Source of the DNA: Candidatus Obscuribacteraceae bacterium
Lineage (GTDB): Bacteria; Cyanobacteriota; Vampirovibrionia; Obscuribacterales; Obscuribacteraceae
Length of the DNA: 64,000 bases
Assembly (NCBI GenBank): GCA_044226015.1
Contig: JBGAHS010000004.1
Coordinates: 160,001 to 224,000, forward strand
Direction: 5' to 3'
Both the position numbers and the translations under genes were made by a program. Within the stretch, counting starts at the first letter, position 1. Each line of letters opens with the position of its first letter. Below the pieces are notes generated by a model. The model was not told the origin of the DNA. It made no database searches and saw only the letters and a list, made by a program, of their open reading frames with translations. This document shows, one piece after another, positions 39,180 to 47,644 of this stretch.

Positions 39180-40271
39180 ATGGCAAACGAACTCGTAAAC
39201 GAAGGCAAGGATTGTTGCAAGGAAACCAAAGCACAGGAAGATAACGGTTGCTGTTTACTTTCAATTATGGAATCTGCCGGTCGCGGCATGGTTAATGGTA
39301 TCGGCAACGCAGTAAAAGGAGCTGAAACAGTTGGCTCAGCAGCAATTAGCTCTGCTGCAAACGGCGTAGGATTGACGATTTCAAAAGAAACCAGTGATGT
39401 GATTGCAAAAGGCGTAGTTGGTGGAGCTGCGTTACTTGCAGCCGAGCAAGCCGCTAAGCATCCCTGGGCAGCTGTTGGTATCGCAGCTGGTGTCGGCGCG
39501 GTAGGTGCAGCAATCAAAGATGCAAGTAAAGACAATAAGAGCACAATTGCAGATTGCGCCAAAGATATCGCAATCGGAGCCGCAATAGGTGGAGCTGCTA
39601 CAGCAGCAGCCACAGGTGATATGACTCGTGCTGCAGCGGTGGCTGCACTCGGAGGAGTAGCTGGTTGTGCAGCAAGATGCGCAGCCGAGATGATGAAGCC
39701 TTCATGCTGTGTGAAACCAAACGATGCTGTATCTGTCGCTAAGGAACTAGGAAAAGCAGTTCTCGACCATGTACAGAAACGTCCTCTAGAGTCAGCCGCC
39801 GAAGGCATTGTTGCGGGAGCAGGTGGTATTATCACCGGTGCCATGGCTCACAAAATGGCAGAAAAGAGCTGCTGCCCGAACGTGGTGCAGAAAGCGATGC
39901 AAGGAGCTGCCAAAGAAATTCAACGTCAATCTGAAATGCTGAAAGATATGCTGTTTCCACACCCACTTCTAGAAATGGGACCTGGACAAATCAGAGCAGG
40001 TGCTGAGACAGTTGGTGAGGCTGTGGTAGCTGGCGCCGTAGGTGGTGTTGTCGCTGGCGAAGCTGTAAAAGTCGGAGTACAAGCTGCAAAATCGGTTCAA
40101 AGTGATGTAGAAAAACATCGCCAGGCCAATCCGCAGGCTTCCCGCATTGAACGTGCCGCAGGTCAAGCCATCGGTGGAGTAGTTGGAGGCAAAGCCGTCG
40201 GAACAGCTATCGAGTACGGTGATGCTAAAGCTAGACAGGCATACAACTACATCAGAAGCTGGTTCGAATAA
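39180..40271 (+). CDS. Gly/Ala-rich glycine-zipper protein with four Cys-Cys pairs
   Basis: AGGAG RBS; many GxxxG helices; DCCK, GCCL, SCCV, SCCP. Confidence 0.8.
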   Translation: MANELVNEGKDCCKETKAQEDNGCCLLSIMESAGRGMVNGIGNAVKGAETVGSAAISSAANGVGLTISKETSDVIAKGVVGGAALLAAEQAAKHPWAAVGIAAGVGAVGAAIKDASKDNKSTIADCAKDIAIGAAIGGAATAAATGDMTRAAAVAALGGVAGCAARCAAEMMKPSCCVKPNDAVSVAKELGKAVLDHVQKRPLESAAEGIVAGAGGIITGAMAHKMAEKSCCPNVVQKAMQGAAKEIQRQSEMLKDMLFPHPLLEMGPGQIRAGAETVGEAVVAGAVGGVVAGEAVKVGVQAAKSVQSDVEKHRQANPQASRIERAAGQAIGGVVGGKAVGTAIEYGDAKARQAYNYIRSWFE

Positions 40272-40282
40272 ACTAAGCTTCG

Positions 40283-40327
40283 AAAAAAAAACGGGCGGCA
40301 CCATTCTTGGTGCTGCCCGTTTTTTTT
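40283..40327. terminator. Bidirectional intrinsic terminator
   Basis: A-run, CGGGCGGCACCA/TGGTGCTGCCCG stem, T-run. Confidence 0.85.
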
Positions 40328-40356
40328 GATTGTGTTTTGAATCCATCAAATTGAAA

Positions 40357-40395
40357 ATAAAAAATACTCCGGGCATAGCAAGCTACGCCCGGAGT
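40357..40395 (-). terminator. Intrinsic terminator of the Pro-rich gene
   Basis: ACTCCGGGC...GCCCGGAGT stem with an A-rich run on the plus strand. Confidence 0.65.
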
Positions 40396-40416
40396 TGGGA
40401 TTGTCGAATGAAAACT

Positions 40417-42711
40417 TTAGTTTTCGCTGCCGTCCTTCGGATTATTGTCCGATTGATCAGGCTTTTGAGTGGGGTCAGCGTCGGGATAGGTCTTTATTTG
40501 AATACCTGTTCCTTTTTCTGCGCCAGGCGGAAGTACTTCAATTGATTTGTACGTTCCAGCCTCTGCGTCCCATTCGCCAAGAACAAGGTCTGTTCCCGTT
40601 CCTGCTTCGTGGTTTGCAACTACCTGTGAAATGAGATCCATTTGTGCATCCATATCACCTTTTAGTTGCTGCAAGTCTGATACCAATCTGGTGGCTGCAG
40701 CCTTGCTGTCTCCTGCATCAAGTAATGCTGCGATGACAGCTATTTCTTGATGCGCCCATGGATCTTTTGAGTCATTCGATTTTGTAGTGTCGATAACTCC
40801 ATCGGGTTGCTCTGCGTCCGACTTTTCAAAAGTGTCAATCTGCGTTCCATTGCCAGGGTCGGTGAGCGCCGGCAACACCTCGATGTTCTCGTATGTGCCA
40901 GTGTCAGGGTTCCATACACCTAGTTTCAGATCAGTTCCAGCGCCCTTTCGATCATTTTGATCAACCAGGTCGAGCAGAGTGTTTTGCGCATCGAGGTTTC
41001 CTCTTAATGCATAGAGATCAGATTTCAATCTCGTCGCTGCAGCATCGGAATCTCCTGCATCAAGAAGCGATGAAATTACATTGCTTTCGAGTTGCATCCA
41101 CGGGTCTTCATCCGGGTTAGGAACCGGAATAGGATCCTCCGGTTTCGGCTGTGGTTGATCCGGAGCTGGCGGTGGTGGTGCAGGCGGTACCACCTCGATG
41201 GTGTCCCACGTACCACTTTTGGGATTCCACTTATCCAGATTTAGCCATCCACCTCTATCGCGGCGAAGTTGGTCTGCGATTTCTCGAAGTAGTTCATTTT
41301 GCGCATACCTGTCATATCTGAGGTCGTATAGCTCTCTGTTCAGCTCATAGCTTGCCTCAGCAGACCGTCCCGTTTCGATCAAACGCGCGATACGGTTTGC
41401 TTCGATCGTGATTACTGGTCCCCAGTGATCACAATTAGGGCTCTGCTTCCAGAACCATGGGTCCCAGCCTCGGTTCCAGCGATCCCGATCATGCCATCCC
41501 CAGTTTTCATTACCAGGTCTGTACCAGTGTCCATCACGGTACGGGTGATGGTCTGTCGGCCGTGGTGGATGCGGGTGCTCCTGTGGAGGATGCGGACGCG
41601 GTTCGGGGTGTGGATGCGGCTCTGGACGCGGCGGATGAGGACCTGGACCAGGCTCTGGTCTTGGTGGGTGCGGCTCCGGCCGGGGTGGATGAGGACCTGG
41701 ACCAGGTTCCGGCCTTGGCGGATGAGGTTCTGGTCGCGGATGAGGCTTCGGAGGTTCAGGACGCGGTGGGCGCGGCGGCTCCGGATGCGGATGAGGTCCA
41801 GGACCCGGCTCGGGTCTTGGAGGATGTGGACGGGGAGGCTCCGGTCTAGGCGGATGCGGCTCCGGTTTAGGAGGATGCGGCTCCGGTTTAGGAGGATGCG
41901 GCTCCGGTCTAGGAGGACCCGGCTCGGGTCTTGGAGGATGTGGACGTGGAGGCTCCGGTTTGGGAGGATGCGGCTCCGGCTTAGGAGGATGCGGCTCCGG
42001 CTTAGGAGGATGCGGCTCCGGCTTAGGAGGATGCGGCTCCGGCTTAGGAGGATGCGGCTCCGGCTTAGGAGGATGCGGCTCCGGTCTTGGAGGATGCGGC
42101 TCCGGTCTCGGAGGATGTGGCTCCGGTCTCGGAGGATGTGGCTCCGGTCTCGGAGGATGTGGCTCCGGTCGCGGAGGCTGCGGACGAGGAGGCTCTGGTC
42201 GCGGAGGCTGCGGACGAGGAGGCTCTGGTCGCGGAGGCTGCGGACGAGGAGGCTCTGGTCGCGGTGGTTGCGGACGAGGAGGCTCTGGTCGCGGTGGCTG
42301 CGGACGAGGAGGCTCTGGTCGCGGTGGTTGCGGACGAGGAGGTTCTGGTCGTGGTGGCTGCGGGCGAGGAGGCTCTGGTCGCGGTGGTTGCGGACGAGGA
42401 GGTTCTGGTCGTGGTGGCTGCGGGCGAGGAGGCTCTGGTCGCGGATGCGGTGGCTCTGGTCGCGGATGCGGTGGCTCTGGCCGTGGAGCACCGCCACCGC
42501 CGCCGGGGCGTGGTCCGCCACCACCACCCTGTCCACCGCCTCTGCCATGCGGTTCAAGAAGCGTCTGAGGATCAGGTGGATTCTTGTCTTTATCTGTATT
42601 TTTGTCTTTATTATCGGCTTTAAAAAGTTCTGCGTGAAACGGAAGTTGTTCGTTCGCATTGCCGGATGAACGCGCCGAGATTTCCTCGGACTTGGCCGCG
42701 TTTTGCTCCAT
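40417..42711 (-). CDS. Pro/Arg/His-rich repeat protein with three C-terminal ~74-aa repeats
   Basis: GAGGAG RBS; (PPRP[EQ])n and (PEPHPP[RK])n tracts followed by a triplicated domain. Confidence 0.82.
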   Translation of the reverse strand: MEQNAAKSEEISARSSGNANEQLPFHAELFKADNKDKNTDKDKNPPDPQTLLEPHGRGGGQGGGGGPRPGGGGGAPRPEPPHPRPEPPHPRPEPPRPQPPRPEPPRPQPPRPEPPRPQPPRPEPPRPQPPRPEPPRPQPPRPEPPRPQPPRPEPPRPQPPRPEPPRPQPPRPEPPRPQPPRPEPHPPRPEPHPPRPEPHPPRPEPHPPRPEPHPPKPEPHPPKPEPHPPKPEPHPPKPEPHPPKPEPHPPKPEPPRPHPPRPEPGPPRPEPHPPKPEPHPPKPEPHPPRPEPPRPHPPRPEPGPGPHPHPEPPRPPRPEPPKPHPRPEPHPPRPEPGPGPHPPRPEPHPPRPEPGPGPHPPRPEPHPHPEPRPHPPQEHPHPPRPTDHHPYRDGHWYRPGNENWGWHDRDRWNRGWDPWFWKQSPNCDHWGPVITIEANRIARLIETGRSAEASYELNRELYDLRYDRYAQNELLREIADQLRRDRGGWLNLDKWNPKSGTWDTIEVVPPAPPPPAPDQPQPKPEDPIPVPNPDEDPWMQLESNVISSLLDAGDSDAAATRLKSDLYALRGNLDAQNTLLDLVDQNDRKGAGTDLKLGVWNPDTGTYENIEVLPALTDPGNGTQIDTFEKSDAEQPDGVIDTTKSNDSKDPWAHQEIAVIAALLDAGDSKAAATRLVSDLQQLKGDMDAQMDLISQVVANHEAGTGTDLVLGEWDAEAGTYKSIEVLPPGAEKGTGIQIKTYPDADPTQKPDQSDNNPKDGSEN
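41560..42485 (-). repeat. GC-rich coding tandem repeats: 15-bp ([10 protein letters not shown]) and 21-bp (PEPHPPK/R) units
   Basis: Read directly, e.g. GGAGGATGCGGCTCCGGCTTA tandem units on the plus strand. Confidence 0.9.
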
Positions 42712-43059
42712 GAGTTTTTCTCCTCAGCAACTACAACCACACCTATCAACCTGTTTCCAACTTAATTCGGACCGTATCCGACAACAATTCGTAGAATTAC
42801 GGTTTGCCACTAAAACTGCTTTAATAGCCGAACTCGGCGAGGACAGAGCGATACCGCTAATGGTGGCGAAGCCGGACGCCCTGCAAAGCGAAAGACTCGT
42901 ACTGTCTACTTCTTCGGATTTAGAGTAAAATCTCAGCTAATGCTGTGCAGTCAAGATGGAATTTGTCTCATAGAACTGTTCCATAATTTCGATGAAATTG
43001 CATTTCTTGTATTAGACTGATGATGTGGCGCATTGCCACATTGGAAACCCGGAGCCATT

Positions 43060-43995
43060 ATGGAAACAAGTGGATCTCACGAAGAGCCAGAAAAGCCAAA
43101 GAAACGCGCATTAGTGATGCCTGGTGGTGGTGGAAGAGGCGCTTACCAGGTGGGAGTCGTAAAAGCGCTACTCGAGTCTGGATTGAAATTCGATATGGCT
43201 TTCGGAACTTCTATAGGTGCAATAAACGCTACTTTTTTAGCCCAAGGTGAACTCCGTCGTCTTGAAGAGATGTGGTGCAATCTCAGACCCTGGGATGTTT
43301 TCAAATTGCCTGACGCCCACCAACTTGGTCGCATGGTGCTTGGTCGTAAGTTGGGGATGCTCGACACTCGCCCGCTCGAAGATCTCTTGCGTCGCGAGTC
43401 AGACCTCAAACGAATCAAAGAATCGAGCATGAAGGTACGTCTCGTGACGACAGATTTGTGCAGCCTCGAAACCAGGATGATAAATCTTGAGGAAGTGCGC
43501 ACCACAAGTGAACTTATTGACCTTTTGATGGCAACCTCTGCTGTTCCAATCGCTTTTCCACCGCGGCAACTTCATGGTGAGGGTCTCTGGGTGGACGGAG
43601 GTCTCGTTCGAAATACTCCCTTGAGGGCAGCTATCGACAGTGGAGCAGATGAGATCTTCATGGTGCTTTTGCACCCTGAAGAGGTTAAGGCTTGCCCATC
43701 TAATATGTGGCAGTTAATCGCTCGGTGTTTGGACGTTGTCCTTGATGCTTCGGCAAGAAAAGAACTTGAATTGGCTCAACTATATAATAGATTGATCAAA
43801 GAAGGTGCTGCCGAAGCCGCCGGTATGAGAGCCGTGAACTTGGAAGTCATTCAACCAAATCGAGCTGTCGATATCAATTTGCTCGAAATAGATCCTGAGC
43901 GCTCTCGCTCTCTGATTCGCCAGGGATATGAAGATGCACGCTTGCATCTTCAGAATATAGAACGAAAGAAAATGGCTGCTTCCGTGGAAGGTTGA
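43060..43995 (+). CDS. Patatin-like phospholipase
   Basis: GGGGRGAYQ, GTSIG, VDGG. Confidence 0.92.
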   Translation: METSGSHEEPEKPKKRALVMPGGGGRGAYQVGVVKALLESGLKFDMAFGTSIGAINATFLAQGELRRLEEMWCNLRPWDVFKLPDAHQLGRMVLGRKLGMLDTRPLEDLLRRESDLKRIKESSMKVRLVTTDLCSLETRMINLEEVRTTSELIDLLMATSAVPIAFPPRQLHGEGLWVDGGLVRNTPLRAAIDSGADEIFMVLLHPEEVKACPSNMWQLIARCLDVVLDASARKELELAQLYNRLIKEGAAEAAGMRAVNLEVIQPNRAVDINLLEIDPERSRSLIRQGYEDARLHLQNIERKKMAASVEG

Positions 43996-44061
43996 TTTCG
44001 CAAAAGATAAGGGAGGATGGTTTCCCTTCCTCCCTGTATGGAATCTGCTCTGCTTTCTAGA

Positions 44062-46101
44062 CTACTTTGTTTTTTTCACATTGGCTGAGCTGTCTGTTTT
44101 TTGTGCTGGAGTGCCTGTTTGCGCCTTGCTTTCAACTGCTTTAGTCGAGCCGGAGTTCTTGTCGTCTGTTTCAACAATGTCATCGATATGTGCTTTCAAA
44201 ACGATAAGGCTCAGCGGAGGTAAGCGTAAAGATATCGACTGATCTCTTCCGTGCTTCGACCAGTCATCAGACCAAACGCCACCGTAGTTGCCAACTCCGC
44301 TGCCACCGTATTCAGTGGCGTCGCTGTTGAGCAATTCTTGCCAGAAGCCTTTGTGAGGCACTCCCACTCTGTAATCTTCACGTACGATAGGCGTGAAGTT
44401 TGCAACCACTAGAACTACGTCACTAGCTTTGACACCTTTTCGCATGTAGCAGAGTACGCTTTGTTCGCTGTCCTGGCAGTCGATCCATTCAAATCCTGAG
44501 TCTTTGCAATCGAGTTCATGCAATGCCTTCTCTTTAACGAGCAGGTGGTTGAGATCTCGAACCCAGTTTTTGATGCCCTGGTGTGTACCATACTCAAGCA
44601 GGTGCCAATCAAGGCTCTTGTCGAAATCCCACTCAATCCACTGTCCAAATTCACCACCCATGAACAGAAGTTTTTTGCCAGAAATTGTCCACTGACTGCC
44701 AAGCAAAAGTCTCAAGTTGGCGAATTTTTGCCAGGTGTCTCCAGGCATTTTGTTGAGTAACGAAGCTTTTCCGTGCACTACTTCGTCGTGTGAAAGCGGT
44801 AGCATGAAATTCTCTGAGCTACTGTAGAGTCCACGGAATGTAAGTTTGTTGTGATGGAAACGGCGGTATACTGGGTCGAATGACATGAACTTCAACGTGT
44901 CATTCATCCATCCCATGTCCCACTTGAAGCCAAATCCGAGCCCACCAACATATGTCGGACGTGTTACGCTTGGCCACGCAGTTGATTCTTCTGCGATCAT
45001 CATCGCGTAGGGAAATTCAGAATAAACTCGCTCGTTTAGATTGCGCAGAAAGTTGATCGCATCAATGTTTTCGCGACCACCATATTGGTTGCTAACCCAC
45101 TGCCCATCTTTTCGATCGTAGTCGAGATAGAGCATTGAAGCGACTGCATCAACTCTCAAACCGTCAATGTGATACTTGTCGAACCAGAACATCGCGTTGC
45201 TGATCAAAAAGTTTGCAACTTCATATCTGCCGAAATTGAAAACATAGGTTCCCCATTCCTTATGCTCGCCCTGTCGCGGGTCTTCGTGCGCATAGAGATG
45301 GGTTCCATCAAACAATCCCAAACCGTGACCATCGCGCGGAAAATGTGCTGGTACCCAATCTAGTACCACTCCGATTTCGTTTTGATGCAGTTTGTCAATC
45401 AAATACATCAAATCATCTGGTGTGCCGTAACGGCTGGTAGCAGCGAAATATCCTGTGCTCTGGTAGCCCCATGATGCATCAAGCGGATGCTCGGCAACCG
45501 GCATAAATTCGACGTGGGTGAATCCCATTTCTTTGACATAAGGAACTAGTGTCTCCGCCAACTCTCTGTAAGTTAGCCAGCGATTGCCTTCTGCTCTGCT
45601 CCATGAACCGAGATGCAACTCGTATATTGATATCGGCGCATCGAGTCCATTTTTTTTCTGGCGAGTTTTTTGCCATGTTTCATCGTTCCATTTATGTTTG
45701 CTCAAATCGCAAACAACAGAGGCAGTTTTGGGACGCATTTCTGCTGCGAAACCGCAAGGGTCGCTTTTCTCTGCACGATAATCATTTACTTTTGAGTGAA
45801 TGAAATACTTGTAGATGGTTCCTTCTCCAAGCTCTGGAATGAAAGCTGACCAAATGCCGGAGTTACCCGTTTGCTCCATCTGGTTCTTTGAAGCATCCCA
45901 ATTGTTGAAGTCTCCGATGACACTTACCATAGCTGCATTTGGCGCCCAAACGGCAAAGTGAGTCCCCTTCATGCCGTCGATCGTAACTGGATGCGCTCCG
46001 AACTTATCGTAAATACGGCTGTGAGTGCCCTCTGCAAAAAGGTGCACATCAAAATCCGTTAAAAAAGATGCCTGTTTTTCTTTTGTGTCTTGCGCTGCCA
46101 C
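44062..46101 (-). CDS. glgB: 1,4-alpha-glucan branching enzyme
   Basis: FAVWAPNA, IYELHLGSW, WGYQ, DWVPAHFP, GLRVDAVASM, AEESTAWP, LSHDEVVHGK; start uncertain (GTG 46101 or 46158). Confidence 0.96.
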   Translation of the reverse strand: MAAQDTKEKQASFLTDFDVHLFAEGTHSRIYDKFGAHPVTIDGMKGTHFAVWAPNAAMVSVIGDFNNWDASKNQMEQTGNSGIWSAFIPELGEGTIYKYFIHSKVNDYRAEKSDPCGFAAEMRPKTASVVCDLSKHKWNDETWQKTRQKKNGLDAPISIYELHLGSWSRAEGNRWLTYRELAETLVPYVKEMGFTHVEFMPVAEHPLDASWGYQSTGYFAATSRYGTPDDLMYLIDKLHQNEIGVVLDWVPAHFPRDGHGLGLFDGTHLYAHEDPRQGEHKEWGTYVFNFGRYEVANFLISNAMFWFDKYHIDGLRVDAVASMLYLDYDRKDGQWVSNQYGGRENIDAINFLRNLNERVYSEFPYAMMIAEESTAWPSVTRPTYVGGLGFGFKWDMGWMNDTLKFMSFDPVYRRFHHNKLTFRGLYSSSENFMLPLSHDEVVHGKASLLNKMPGDTWQKFANLRLLLGSQWTISGKKLLFMGGEFGQWIEWDFDKSLDWHLLEYGTHQGIKNWVRDLNHLLVKEKALHELDCKDSGFEWIDCQDSEQSVLCYMRKGVKASDVVLVVANFTPIVREDYRVGVPHKGFWQELLNSDATEYGGSGVGNYGGVWSDDWSKHGRDQSISLRLPPLSLIVLKAHIDDIVETDDKNSGSTKAVESKAQTGTPAQKTDSSANVKKTK

Positions 46102-46239
46102 GGTTTTGTCCTTCTGGTGTTCAAATACTGCGCTTTTCGAGCATCGGTATATTGTCACACAAGAATATGCAATCCAAGCGCTTCTGTGGCTGATTCTTGA
46201 CTTTGTGTAAAACGATTTCTGTTTGTAACTATTCTGTGA

Positions 46240-46989
46240 TCAGTGCTTCGGTATTGGAGCTTTAAGCCAGGGTTGCTTCTCCAGGTCAAAAATAAAGATA
46301 GACACTTCTGCCTTCGGATCGCTTCCCGTCGCGTTTCGACCCAGTGTTGACCAAAATTTCATCGCTCGGTCATTGCCGGACAATACACTTGCATAAACTC
46401 TTCTGACTGGCGTTTGCTCATAAAGCGCACGCAATCCGGATTGAACAAGTTGAGAGCCAATGCCTGTGCCTCTGCTTTCAGGAGCGACTGCCAGATGATT
46501 TATCATTCCTCGAAGACCTGTTTCACCTATGAAGACGCCACCAACTAGTTTGCCATCGTGAAATGCAGCTTGAGATAAGCCAGGGTTGCTCTCTAAGGCT
46601 CGCTTGAGAGCCGCTGTTGTCTCTTCCGGGCGAAATGCAAGTCCTTCAGTCTTTTCCATGAGAGCGCGCATACTGGGAAGGTCAGAAGGAGTCATAGCGC
46701 GAATCTCCAATTCTTTACCAGGCTGCGCCAAGCCGAATCTGTGTGAAGCTTCTAGTCCCAATTTCTCACCAGTCAGCTCAGCTGTGGCAAGCTCGCGCCC
46801 AAGAGTCGTTTCCACAGCGCCTTGCTCAAGCCTTGCTGTGGCAGTACTAGCGGCTTTTCCGAATATTTCCGGTAGAGTTTTAAGAAGATTTGCTCGACCA
46901 AGAAGAATTCCTGCTCCGAGAGCTAGCTCTTCTTTCCAATGCTCTTCCACAAAAGTCCTTAAAGTCATTCCGTCGCTTTCCTTGTGCAC
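46240..46989 (-). CDS. GNAT N-acetyltransferase with a long N-terminal extension
   Basis: IRAMTPSD, HLAVAPESRGTGIGSQLV, NDRAMKFW. Confidence 0.85.
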   Translation of the reverse strand: MHKESDGMTLRTFVEEHWKEELALGAGILLGRANLLKTLPEIFGKAASTATARLEQGAVETTLGRELATAELTGEKLGLEASHRFGLAQPGKELEIRAMTPSDLPSMRALMEKTEGLAFRPEETTAALKRALESNPGLSQAAFHDGKLVGGVFIGETGLRGMINHLAVAPESRGTGIGSQLVQSGLRALYEQTPVRRVYASVLSGNDRAMKFWSTLGRNATGSDPKAEVSIFIFDLEKQPWLKAPIPKH

Positions 46990-47644
46990 AGTGTGTTGTC
47001 AGCTTCACGCTAGAAATGGAGGAGTGAAATTCGCGTGAATGCTTGTGCTAAAACCACCAATGTTGTTGGCTTTTGTTTCCTGCATCGGCGGTTGAATTGG
47101 GGTTTGTCACATCAGCTTTCACGTCTTATTCACCCCTCGGGGGGTAGAATTTGACGATAATTGGAGGTGTCTGATGATAGATTATTCCTGAGTTGATAAG
47201 AATAAGCCTGCTCTGGAGCTTTAATAGAGGTTTGTCGGCTATCAGCTGAGCAAAACCACGATGCATATTTTGTTGCACATTGGCTATTCAAGCCATTTCT
47301 CGCGTGCATTAAACTGTTCATCCTTCCGTAATTTTTCGAACTCCACGGGGCTGAACCACGCTTACCTTCTTGGCTTATAGAGGTTTATAGACTTAATGTA
47401 TTTTGGGTATTAAATAAGCTAGAAGGATGGGTTCTGATCTTGACTCTTTTGATTAAACTGAAATAATATTCATTATTAACAGGATCTCATTTTTTTTTAA
47501 TTTCTTCGCAGAGAGGTAATGCTCAACCAGAAGTCACAAGAATTTCTTTGGAAGCGGCGGGTTCGCTTCTTTTGTACCTCTGGTACTTGAGCTATCTTTG
47601 TTCCTATACTTTGTTCCTACTCAAAAATCGTCAAATAGGGTTTT

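Noticed and set aside
41412..42749. Long alternative-frame ORFs (Arg-rich 445 and 414 aa, (GGCG)n 202 aa, acidic 178 aa)
   Set aside because: These are shadows of a stop-free tandem repeat. Only the Pro-rich frame has an RBS and continues into a structured C-terminal domain.
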